A stretch of DNA of 64,000 nt. Source: a virus. The position numbers and the translations under genes are program-made. The stretch spans positions 1 to 64,000 of IMG/VR virus record IMGVR_UViG_3300026521_000148; one strand, 5' to 3'. Position 1 is the first letter of the stretch, and each line of letters opens with the position of its first letter. The notes beneath the pieces were generated by a model that searched no databases, was not told the origin of the DNA, and saw only the letters and a program-made list of their open reading frames with translations. Positions 10,002 through 20,900 of this stretch are shown here, piece after piece.

Positions 10002-13000
10002 ATCTCTTAGGGTCATCAAGCATACTGAATGGCGCCAACATAGCTGATGTCGACAATATGTTACTTATTTTTAATTTATCAACACTCGTATCTTTCATAC
10101 CACGTATATTACCCAATAAAGGATTAGCACTCATATATGCAGTTATACCAACATCCCCACTATCTTTACTAGACTCAGATATAACACCTATATCATCAAT
10201 GTGTGTTTCTCTTGTACTAGCATTTAGACTATCTTTACTTCTACCGTTTGTGCCTAGATAAGTACTATCTTCTAACTGTTTTAAAGCTGCTATTGGATTA
10301 ATATCTTCTACTAAACTAGCAGCACTATCTTCGTTAATAGTCCTCCATGTAGCATATGGATCTACTACTAACCTACTCCTACCAAAGAACTCCTCATTCT
10401 TTTTCTTACGTATACTATCTACTAATGTTTTATAAACATACTGAGGAACACGTTCATATCCTTTCATAACGTAACCCTTGATACTATTAGGATGGTTATA
10501 AAAATCATCCAACAACATCTCACTAGCTCTTATAAGTAATTTTATAAAAGTAGTAGGCTCCCCCATAGTTTCTAATGTGGTTTCAGTAACTGGGTCTATA
10601 AAAAGATTTTCATAAACTTCTATATCAGTGGTAGCACTTAAACTTAATCCTATTTCGTTAAAAATAGTTTTAAATAGTTGTTTGTTATTTAATACATCTA
10701 TATCTACCTTTCTAAGTATCTTATCGTTATGTAAGAAACCATCTAGTATCATGTTGTTAAGATCGCTGCTCCTATCTATGACAAGAGTATTGAATTTAAA
10801 TCTAACGATTATAACATTCTCATCTTTAACCCTAACTCTACCGCCCTCTAGTACCTTATAATTAACTTTAAGATACTTAAGCATGCCATATAGACCCATA
10901 TAATAACTAAGTACTAAAGATACAGGAATATATGTAGCAGCTATTTTCATTAACGAATATTCTGGTTTTATAATAGTTGTATCTAAGCCAACTATCCCAT
11001 CTATAGTATTAACCTCTGTATATTTCTTATTTTTATAGATATATATAACATTATTAAAATCCATAACTAATAAACTATCTTTGTATGTACCACATAACAC
11101 ATACTTATCTTTCTCTATATCCTTCACTTCTTCTTTTGTTAAATCCATACGTTTATAGTAACTAAAAGAAAAAACAAAACTATCATATTTAAAAGATTTT
11201 ATATATCTACCATAGGCACTATAATCACTAGGGACTTTAACAGCGACTAGTTTCTGGCTATTATCTACCAAGTTTTTTACTTTACCATCATCAACAAGTT
11301 TTTTAAGTTGTTTCTTTAAAGCAAAACCTCTATCTAATTTTTTAGCAGGAGCTCTATCTATAAATATCTTACCTGTAGCACTAGTTAAACCAACTCTATT
11401 ATATGCTATCTTTTTAATAGGTACATCGGCTCTTTGTTTTCTTAGGATATACTGGTTACCAGATAATGTGTATCTACCCTTTTCATCTATGATAGGTAAC
11501 TTAACTTTAACATCATAACTAGACTTACCCATATCATTAAGCGATACAGTATATTCTTCATATGCTCCTAAGATATCATCGCGTTCTTCTCTCTTTATAT
11601 CTTTAAGTATAAGTCCTGCTTTACTAGTACTACCTATACTAGCTATAAGATCTTTTCTATAAACATTTTTCATATATTGTTTAGTAACAGCACCTAACGT
11701 ATCTTCTGCATCTTCTGGATTACCTGTCTTTGTTATGGGTATCTTTTTATCCTCTTCCTTTATCTTTAATTCTTCTTTAGATATAACTATTAAGTCTTTT
11801 ATCTTTTTACCATCTTTAAAAGGACTAGGCTTATTTAGGCCTTCTTCCAATGTTTCTACTAATTTTTTATATTTAGCAGGAGGTAATAACTTATTATTCT
11901 TTAACTCTTCTAACTGTGCTAAAGTAGTTCTCTTTATATCTGTTTTATCTATATCATCATCAGCCATAGTAGTATATTTGTTTATATAACTAGTAGCCAC
12001 TACCGTATCAGGATCTACAACCTCTTCTTGCACTGTTTCTTCTATATGAACTACATCTTCCTCTTTACTAGATTCTTTCTCTATATGTTTTATTAATTCT
12101 TCATCTGGTATATCCTCTATAACACTATCTTCTTTATCCTTAGTTATACCCATAAGAAGTTTATCAGAAAACTTATTATCATCAATATCTTCTGGAGTAA
12201 AACCAGGCATGAGTAAAACAGTTTTTAACATAACAAAGAAAGATTTCTGTAGTTGATGTCCATCTAGTTTAGTGTTGTTATCTATATTAGATATCTTTAA
12301 GAAACTATAAAGTTTTTCTAAATTAACGAATATACCTTTATCATTTTTAGTTAAAACTATAGTTGTATTTTTAGCTACACCTGTTTCTATAAGTTTATAA
12401 AATACAGATGTTTTACTCACATCATCATCTAGTAACTTAATGAATTCTAATAATAACAATCTACTTGTATCGTAGAATAACTTTATCATTTCTGTAGTTG
12501 GAGTTTCATATTTACTATACTTTTCCAAAATAGGTAAAGCATATAATGTATCAGGTATCTCCATGATAACAAACTGATGTAATGACTCATTACTATTATA
12601 CATTCTACTATTATCTATAAGATCATTAACTAATGTATGTATTGCATTCTGGAACATTTGATAATACTCTAGTATAGTAGAGTTGTACTTGTAAGAAAGA
12701 TGTACTGTATTAAAATTTATTACAGGTATAGTCTTTTTAATGTCATTTGGTTTTTTCATTAAGATATTATGGAACTTCTTTTCTCTAACAAGTTTAATAT
12801 CAAAATGTTTTTTCTTTATATCTTTATAAATAGTAGATTCTTTATGTCCGTTAGTTCTAGCTTTAAAAGGTGGGTTGTTATATTTGTATATATTAAATAC
12901 AAACTTCTTTTTAGCGAACCTAATGAAATAATGATCATTACTAACGTAATTACTACTGTTAGGGTTGAAAATATACAACATACTATAATATGGAAGCACT

Positions 13001-13092
13001 ACCATATTAAGATCTAATATCTTCGGAGTCATGAATGATTGTAAGTTTTTAAGACCAAACTTCTTCTCAAAATCACTGTATTTAGTGGTCAT
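10002..13092 (-). CDS. rpoB: Virion RNA polymerase beta subunit (phiKZ gp178-like), exon 1
   Basis: LRKQR.D.PI.K, GYERVP, TYLGTNGRS, DIGVISESSKDSGDVG, APF...DDPKR (equivalent of bacterial DDANR). Confidence 0.88.
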
Positions 13093-13175
13093 GCGTTATC
13101 CTTTGTTTTTAAATTCAAAGAAGTTCGTACCCTAGAACAAAAATAAAAAACATATAGAGTAGGTCATAACCTACT

Positions 13176-13526
13176 CTATACATCATAATCCCAAGATGTT
13201 TTATCCCAATCTATTTCCTTTTCATAGGTTATATCGAAATCGTCTTCAATATTAACTACGACTCCATTCTCTATATATAATAGATATTGGGCGTTTAGAT
13301 CATATATCTCTACTGTATAATTACCTACTAATATAGCTGGTAATTTATCTGGTAAATATTTTTCAGTCCAATAAGGACCTTCATTACCTAATAAATCTGT
13401 TAATACGAATTTATTATTTTTTATAGTATAGTGATCTAGATCGCACATAAGATCTTTTGTCTGGTAATCACCGCACGGTAAACCAAAATCATTTTTCTCT
13501 ATAACAACAGTATCAAACATTCCCAT
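13176..13526 (-). CDS. Conserved hypothetical protein (MGMFD...QTKDL.C type)
   Basis: 116-aa ORF followed by hairpin 13153-13180 and T-tract. Confidence 0.65.
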   Translation of the reverse strand: MGMFDTVVIEKNDFGLPCGDYQTKDLMCDLDHYTIKNNKFVLTDLLGNEGPYWTEKYLPDKLPAILVGNYTVEIYDLNAQYLLYIENGVVVNIEDDFDITYEKEIDWDKTSWDYDV

Positions 13527-13904
13527 TTAAGTATCCTTTATGTTTAAATTATATTTAGGTATACTAATAATATCGCCATCATCTAGCTTGCATAACCATA
13601 AACCATTTTTCTTTACCCTTATAACCATAACAGTTTTACCTATATATTCACGATGCGTTAAACCTAAATCATTACTACCATTAATTGTTATCGTCCTTCC
13701 TTTTACAGATAATGGTGCTTCAGATATATTACACTCATAACACAGCTTTTCTACGTTAATTTTAATATTGTCTACCATACCACTACTTATAAGATATCTA
13801 TTAGGGTATGCTGCGTAGGTACTATCGTCTATTCTTATAGTACGTAATACATCGCAATGTTCCCCACATCTTACACACGTAAATTTCCCATTATGCCCTA
13901 ACAT
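13527..13904 (-). CDS. Hypothetical protein with two CxxC motifs
   Basis: CVRC, CYEC; operonic arrangement. Confidence 0.6.
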   Translation of the reverse strand: MLGHNGKFTCVRCGEHCDVLRTIRIDDSTYAAYPNRYLISSGMVDNIKINVEKLCYECNISEAPLSVKGRTITINGSNDLGLTHREYIGKTVMVIRVKKNGLWLCKLDDGDIISIPKYNLNIKDT

Positions 13905-14362
13905 AAGAATTCCTTTTTGAATTTTATATAATTACTTATTAGGTAATTCTCATTACTTCTAAAAGCTTCATATCTTAGCTTTTCTCTAGTCTCTTCATCT
14001 GGTAAAGTTTCTAATCCAGCATATCCGCATTTACAATATTCCTTACTACCATAATCTCTACATATACGAGGTCTATGCTCATATACGCTACATAAACCAT
14101 CTTTTAAGAATACACAAGGGAGAGATGGCTCGACGCCTTCTCCCTTAAACGTTAATCTAGCACCAGGAACACCATCTGTGTTAGGTACTATTTTTATCTT
14201 CTTAAATAGAGATTTATGATTCTTTTTAAGTAACTCTATTTCACTCATCTCCATGATTACATCTCTAGTGCAGCATTCACCACACTCTTTACATGGTAAA
14301 ACGTCACAACCTTCACAATCAACACTACGTATCTTCTCCATGAATTTTTCTAACTCATCCAT
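13898..14362 (-). CDS. YkgJ-family Cys-cluster (zinc/iron-chelating, CxxCxxCC) protein
   Basis: CKECGECC...PCVFL..GLCSVYEHRPRICRDY. Confidence 0.85.
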   Translation of the reverse strand: MDELEKFMEKIRSVDCEGCDVLPCKECGECCTRDVIMEMSEIELLKKNHKSLFKKIKIVPNTDGVPGARLTFKGEGVEPSLPCVFLKDGLCSVYEHRPRICRDYGSKEYCKCGYAGLETLPDEETREKLRYEAFRSNENYLISNYIKFKKEFLC

Positions 14363-14387
14363 CGTCTATCCTTTATTATTTTTTTTA

Positions 14388-15245
14388 TCACTTGTATAGG
14401 TTCTTATTTAAATAACTCATAAGATCATCATATGTTTTAGCCACCATGAAGAACTCTCCTTTATGAACGAACTCTATACCATCTGGTAGCTCATCAGAAC
14501 ATCTTATACTTCTACCACGCTTACCATAACTACCTTTCTTATCAGGGATAGTTTGTGCGTTCCATGTATCTTTACCATCATCGTACCATATGATAACGTC
14601 ATATCCATCTAGTTCATTTATATCATGTATAACTTCACTCCAACCCTTTATATAGCCATCTGCAGATACCAACATACCGTCAACATCTGTAGCTCTCTTA
14701 AGTTTATCTACAGCCTCCATACGCATAACCCATCTATGTATATGGTCCCTTATGATAACAACACATACGTCACTAGCATCCATGAAGTTATCTAACTGCT
14801 CAACATCGTTATAAACATCTGCACCGTTATAACAACCTATGATCCTAGATAACTCCCATTCTTCACTAGGTTTTACACCTATATCGTTCTCATCTATCTT
14901 ATCTACTATAGGGCGTAATGTAGCATAAGCACCACCTAACTCTTCTTTAAAATACTCTAAAACCATCCCAGCACTACTATACCGGCATTCATCCTTACTG
15001 TACTGATGATGATCAAAATGCTTACACTCTTTACACTCAACTTTACCTATATCTATGATGTATCCTAACTCACCTTGTAATCTTATAAGTTCATTAACAT
15101 CTGTCTGATGCCTCATACGTATAGGCTCGTTAACTTTGTTACCCTTAAGCTTTTCAACTACCCTTATTAAACTATATGCAAATACTTCATCAGCATGAAA
15201 AGTACCACTATGTGTAACAACATTTATCTCTCTAACTTCATTCAT
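14388..15245 (-). CDS. MYG1 (UPF0160) family metal-dependent exonuclease/hydrolase
   Basis: VTHSGTFHADEV, DIG, FDHHQ, SSAG, ID..D.G, FVHKG.F motifs. Confidence 0.85.
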   Translation of the reverse strand: MNEVREINVVTHSGTFHADEVFAYSLIRVVEKLKGNKVNEPIRMRHQTDVNELIRLQGELGYIIDIGKVECKECKHFDHHQYSKDECRYSSAGMVLEYFKEELGGAYATLRPIVDKIDENDIGVKPSEEWELSRIIGCYNGADVYNDVEQLDNFMDASDVCVVIIRDHIHRWVMRMEAVDKLKRATDVDGMLVSADGYIKGWSEVIHDINELDGYDVIIWYDDGKDTWNAQTIPDKKGSYGKRGRSIRCSDELPDGIEFVHKGEFFMVAKTYDDLMSYLNKNLYK

Positions 15246-15273
15246 AACTCTAACCTTTAAATCTTAATATAAT

Positions 15274-15312
15274 TAGTATAACAACATATACTAGGTTAAT
15301 AATATATAAGTA
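15274..15312 (-). promoter_or_regulatory. Early-promoter-like motif with hairpin
   Basis: Minus ACTTATATATTATTAAC followed by TAGTATA-N6-TATACTA. Confidence 0.6.
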
Positions 15313-15327
15313 AATATATTTACAGAT

Positions 15328-15672
15328 AGTTAACTAGACATCATAAGGTGTGGTCTAGTTTCATTCTCCCACACCCACCCAAGCATATGGTATCTACCTC
15401 CTCATGATTCACTACGTTCACATGGGAGCTAACCCCTAACCCACTTCCCTTTATTCCTAGTAGTTGCTAGGTTGTGCTGTACCCGTTAGCTCCTTCATAC
15501 ACCACCCCGTTCCAGAGGCAGTGTATGAAGTAATTAGGCACAAGTTAAGAAAGGGTCGCTACGGCTCTCGTAACTAGATAGCAGTGATCGCAACCAAGCC
15601 AGGTCTCTATAGATAGAAGTTTAGTTGGTGATTTAGATATGATTATCTTTCTTAACATTTAATCAGTTAACT
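15328..15672 (-). ncRNA. Candidate ~345-nt structured noncoding RNA
   Basis: ORF-free and visibly more GC-rich than flanks; multiple long stems; G-U pairs mostly favour the minus strand; possible pseudoknot TTGTGC/GCACAA. Confidence 0.55.
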
Positions 15673-15712
15673 TCTTAAATAGAAAAAATAAAAAAAAAGA
15701 TAGGAATAGATC

Positions 15713-16033
15713 CTATCCTCTTAATCTCTCTTCATCACAGAAGAGTTTTGAGAAGCCTATTACAGCCTCTACTATATCTCTTGCTTTAAATATTATATAT
15801 GCTTTTGTTCTATCATCAGCTAACTCATATATACGTTGTGCTTTAGGTTTAGTGCCTTTAACTATACCGGTACCAACTCTATAACCGAAACACATTACAT
15901 TATTATCGTAAGCGTCTAAGAACGCCTCTAGTGTTTCTTGTCTCTGGTCTTTTGAGTTTGCTTCTCCTGTTATGTATCTATGACTCATAGCTTCGTTACT
16001 TAAACCTAATCTACCATTTAAACTTAACATCAT
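15713..16033 (-). CDS. Hypothetical early protein
   Basis: 106-aa ORF, AAGGAG RBS, early motif at 16087-16126, terminator over the stop. Confidence 0.65.
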   Translation of the reverse strand: MMLSLNGRLGLSNEAMSHRYITGEANSKDQRQETLEAFLDAYDNNVMCFGYRVGTGIVKGTKPKAQRIYELADDRTKAYIIFKARDIVEAVIGFSKLFCDEERLRG

Positions 16034-16086
16034 ATACTCCTTATTGTTAGAGGTATCATACTCGGATACTTAACTATATATGAAAG

Positions 16087-16126
16087 ATATACATATGTAT
16101 ATACTGTATTAATAATATATAAGTGA
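16087..16126 (-). promoter_or_regulatory. Early-promoter-like motif with palindrome
   Basis: Minus TCACTTATATATTATTAATACAG followed by the palindrome ATATACATATGTATAT. Confidence 0.65.
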
Positions 16127-16192
16127 AATTATGTGGATGAATGTAAGACATAAAAAATTAAATATATAATAGGGACCTAAGTCCCTACTATG

Positions 16193-17812
16193 TTATTCTG
16201 TGAACAAACTCATTATTATTTTGTTAGTTAAAACTTCAGCACTAAATGCTACTTTACCAGATGTTGTTATGTAAAATGATCTACTATTGAGTTTGGATAA
16301 TACTTCTTTACTATTATTTTTTGTCCATACGATATTAAGGCTTACTTTGTCACCGTCAAAGTCACCTCCCATTGCGTCGAGATAAATTTCAGGGACCTCT
16401 AACGCTGATACATATACTTCCCCTATTATAGGATACTCTACAGCAGTTTTATACTCTAAAGTGTCTGGTAACTTAACCTTAACACGTTTAGATTTTATCG
16501 TTGTCTTAAGATACAATAACGTAGGAGTAATACCGCCGTATTGAATAATTGGATATCTAGTAACATATGCTGGATAATCTCTTATGATATCGAATATGGA
16601 TAAATAAACTAACTCACCGTATGTTATAGGCCTAACGTTCTTTACATCCATATGTTCTGACATACTTTCAATACCCTTTAATATGTCTACCTTATCATCA
16701 TCCTCATGAACTAATAATAAGTAATGACCGTCCACTGTTATAGGTGAGTTTAATATCTCATTTTGGCCTAACTTGTTTATAGTTTCTTCTATACCATCAT
16801 CTGTTACCCATCTACTTCTAGTCTTCTCACTTATCTCCACTGGTTTCTTTTTAAGTGTCTTAGGGTCTATAAGCATGGCGTTTGTACTATTAACATCGAA
16901 TATGTCTTGTAAGAATCTAGTTCTTATATTAAACACAGTTATAGGTAATATACCTTTAGCGGCCTGAAATACACCTAATGACGATGTTATGCTATTTGGT
17001 CTATCTTCATCATCTAGATCAGTCATGATACTAGAACTACCTACGATAACATTACGAGTACCATACATAATAGCTCTTTTAGTCCATTTACCCTGTATGA
17101 ATTTAGACTTACCGTCTAATAAGTTTTCTAAATACTCATACACATCTAGAGCAGCTTTTTGTAATCTTTTTCTAACAGCACTTATATATTCGTTATCTTT
17201 ATTCTTAACATCAGATTTAAATACTTTAGCACTACTACTTATTGTTAATACTTTTCTGTATAAACCATTTATCTCGTTTTCTAAAGCTTTACCAGATTCT
17301 AATAATTTGTAATCCCTTATACCAGCTGGTATAACTAAGTACTTATTCATAACTATCTCTTCTGCTTTATACTTTTTTAAGAACTTTATCTTAAAAGCTC
17401 TTTGCGTAGAATCTGTTTCTTTAAACACAATATCGTCATAATGTTCTAGAAAGAAATGTAGGCCGTTCTTACCGTCTAGTCTATCAGACTCTACAAAGTC
17501 TTTTACTTTATGATCCCATATAGCAAATCTAGTTCCGTCTAGTATACCACCGTATAGACTATTTAGAGACACTAACTCTTTAAATACTCTAGGATGTAAT
17601 ATATCTATACCTAAATCTATATAACCGAATGTTGTGTTTCTTTCTTTAGAACCAACTTCTCCAAATATAGTAGTACTGAATAAGCCTTCATGATGGAACT
17701 CTGTACTATTCTGTAAGAATATATCTCTTGTCTTAACTTCTAACATTTGTTTAGTTATCTTATTGTTTAAGATAAGTAATTCTATATTCAACGGTTCGTT
17801 TTCATTATCCAT
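16193..17812 (-). CDS. rpoC: Virion RNA polymerase beta' N-terminal subunit (phiKZ gp180-like)
   Basis: GLFSTTIFG.VGS.ER, HPR, VIPAGIRD, GK..FIQGKW.KR...GTRNV, TRYP, intact catalytic GGDFDGD. Confidence 0.9.
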   Translation of the reverse strand: MDNENEPLNIELLILNNKITKQMLEVKTRDIFLQNSTEFHHEGLFSTTIFGEVGSKERNTTFGYIDLGIDILHPRVFKELVSLNSLYGGILDGTRFAIWDHKVKDFVESDRLDGKNGLHFFLEHYDDIVFKETDSTQRAFKIKFLKKYKAEEIVMNKYLVIPAGIRDYKLLESGKALENEINGLYRKVLTISSSAKVFKSDVKNKDNEYISAVRKRLQKAALDVYEYLENLLDGKSKFIQGKWTKRAIMYGTRNVIVGSSSIMTDLDDEDRPNSITSSLGVFQAAKGILPITVFNIRTRFLQDIFDVNSTNAMLIDPKTLKKKPVEISEKTRSRWVTDDGIEETINKLGQNEILNSPITVDGHYLLLVHEDDDKVDILKGIESMSEHMDVKNVRPITYGELVYLSIFDIIRDYPAYVTRYPIIQYGGITPTLLYLKTTIKSKRVKVKLPDTLEYKTAVEYPIIGEVYVSALEVPEIYLDAMGGDFDGDKVSLNIVWTKNNSKEVLSKLNSRSFYITTSGKVAFSAEVLTNKIIMSLFTE

Positions 17813-17912
17813 AGAAACTCCTTTTTATTTAATCAAAGAAGTTTTTATTTAGTATAATAATATATAGGTGGGGTAGGGGTTTTTAGTTTGAAATTATAAA
17901 TATAAAGGATGC

Positions 17913-20900
17913 ATGATGGCAGATGAATTTGAAGAATTCGATGATATAGACGCCCTGATGGCTGAAGGTGATGATTTTGACATGGGTGATTCATCCTCTT
18001 CAGATGGCCCAGTCTCCACTGTAGACCAAATAAGTGAAGGAGTTGTTGACTCTTTAAATATAGACGCAACAGCTGAAAAGATAAAGAATTCTATGCTAGA
18101 CTCATTGCCTGGTAATGTAGGTGATGGCGTTTATAAAGCAGAAAGTGCTGTAGATGATTTAACAGAAGCATTTGATAAAGAGATGAAGCCACTTAAAAAG
18201 GCTACATCAGCTACATTAGGTGGTATAGCCGATGTACTTCCTGATAGTATGGCCGATAGTGTTAAATCATTAAAGTCATGGATAGATGGTGATGATGAAT
18301 CTACTGGTAGTAATAATGAACCAACTGAAGATGAGAAGATAGCATCAGAAGTGGATCAACTTTTAGCTAAATCAGCTATCGAAGAGCAAGTTAATAGTAA
18401 ACTAGCATCCGTACAGCAGAAGAAAGACTCTGAATTATTAAGTATGATAGCTGAGGCTACTACTAAGACAGTAGTATACAAGTCAGAATATGACGCTAAC
18501 TATTATAAAAGAAGTTTAGAATTACAATTAAAACAAGTCTTAACAACAGTTAAACTTTATGATTTATTAAAACTAGATAGTGAGAATAGATCTAAACAAC
18601 TAGACGCTATTGTTAAGAATACAGCATTACCTGATTTTGCTAAATCTAGAACATCTGATATAGCTAAACAAATGATAATGGGTACGGCTAAGGATGTTGC
18701 TACTAACGCTTTCCTTAAGAATGATAGTATAAGTAATTTAACTAAGTTTGGTAAAGAGAAGATGTCTGGTGCATTAGGTGCCGCTACTGAAATGGTTGGT
18801 CTTGGTTCAGATTTATCAGAAATACTAACTATGCAGATGGAGCAAGGAGCTACGTTAACACAAGTTCTATCAAGTATGGCTACAGATATGGTTGTCGATA
18901 AAGCTGTATCTAAGGGAACTGATTACGCTCTTAAGAAATTATTCGAAACACAAGGCGGTGTTAAAGTACTCGGTGATTACGATACGTTTATATCAGACCC
19001 ACAAAAAGCTTTAGAAAAAGCAAAACAAGCACATATAGAAAATGGTGGTAGTGAAGAGGATCTTAAATATAAAGCTTTAGAATTAGGTAAAGAAGCTATC
19101 GGAGAACAGTATAAGACTAAAAGCGTTAATATATCCAATATAACGGATATGAGAGATGCTGCTCAGATAGATAATAAGTTTGTTAAAACAGTAGATACAG
19201 TTATACCTACCTATTTATCTAAGATGCTTAATGAGTTAACAACTATAAGAAAAATAGCTGGTAACTTACAGTTAAGTAATGACCAACAAACAAATAAAGT
19301 ATCGAGTACTAATAAAGGTAATAGTAGCTTAGGGAGCAATACTTTAGGTTTACAATCTAGTAGACCAAGTGACAATGTTCCTAAAACAGAAGATGAATTA
19401 GTATACGATTTTGAAAAAGGTAGATTTGTAACAAAGAAAGATGTTAAGAAAGTTATAAATGAAAAAATAGATAAACACGTAGCCAAACTAGCTGATGATA
19501 TCATAAGTAGCAATATAGATGAACTTATTGTTCCAGACCATTTATCTATAAAAGAAAGAACATCCATAGCCTTAGCTATTAGTGATTATATCATGTCTGG
19601 TAAATCCATAGCACCAGCATATATGCACGAGGATGGTTTTCTTAACTATTTTAAAAATGATAAAGAGTTAAAGAAGAAAGTTAGTAAGGGTTTATCGAGA
19701 CTAGAGTCTCCTGAAAATAAACTTATTTATGATCAAAGAGCTAAGTTAACACAATCTTTAGAAAGATTAAAGAAATCTAGTATCTCTAATTTTTCCGATA
19801 TAGCTAAATCTGCAGATTTAAATAATAGTGTAGATACATTATTAGAAATGGGTATCGTTGATGAAGATAACCCAAATGTTATATCTACTAAGAATGTTAA
19901 AGATACGTATAGTAAACGTATACGTAAACAAACAACAGGTAAAATAAAAGAAAGTAAATTATCACTCAGTGAACAACAATTAGTAGACTCCATAAAAGAG
20001 AAAGAAAATAAATTAAAAGAAAAAGCTAGAACAAGAGATGATAAGTTAAAAAGAACTAAGACTAGAACTCTTAGAAATTACAAAGATAATGAAGATGCTG
20101 AAAAGGCATTTAATAAAGGTATAGATAGTTACGGCAAAACAGAAGATGAATTAGATAAAGTACTTAATGAACTAATAAAAGATAAACCTATAGAAGAGGC
20201 TAACCTTATAGAAGAGGCGTTCAGTCTTGGACTTGGGCAAGGGTTAAGAGAAGCAGAGGAGTTAAAACGTTATAAAGAAGAGCGCGCCAATCTTGCTAAG
20301 AAATATGACAATAAAGTTAATAGAGCTACCAAGAAAATGGATGAAGATGAGAAGTCTTCTTTTATAGATAGACTAAGAGCTGAAACATTATTAGAGGAGA
20401 TAGGTTCATTTAGTAAAGGTGGTAGTACAGGTAAGGGTAAAGATGATGAAGTAGCTGGTATCATACATAGAAACGAATACGCTCTTAATAGAAAAGATAT
20501 ACAAGATCTAGCTAACTTTATATCTGAAGGTAACGTTAAGAAGATCGTTAAGTTCTCTACCAGTATATTAGAAGATATTAATAAAGAAGATAATGTGTTC
20601 GATATTAAAGATATCGATAAAGATATAGTAACATCTTTTATAAGTAAACATATACCAGATAAGGTTAAGGATACTTATACAGATTTAAAAAATAACACAA
20701 AAGAATTTATGGAAGGTGATGTTGTAAATGACTTCTACAATAACCATAAAGAAACATTCGATAGTGTTAAACAATTTAAAGATGATAAAGTATCTACTAT
20801 AAAGACTAGTTATACGAAAACAAAAGATAAGATAAGTAAATATATACCAGAAACAAAAGTTATAGAAGATGCTATAAGTAATATAACAAAAACACTATCT

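Noticed and set aside
15420-15445. GGGGTTAGCTC resembling a tRNA 5' end, and GAGCCGTAGCG near 15560 resembling group II intron domain V
   Set aside because: No T-arm/anticodon cloverleaf and no complementary 3' half of domain V
16193-17812. Possible intron in virion RNAP beta' at its DFDGD motif
   Set aside because: ORF is continuous through GGDFDGD with no insertion
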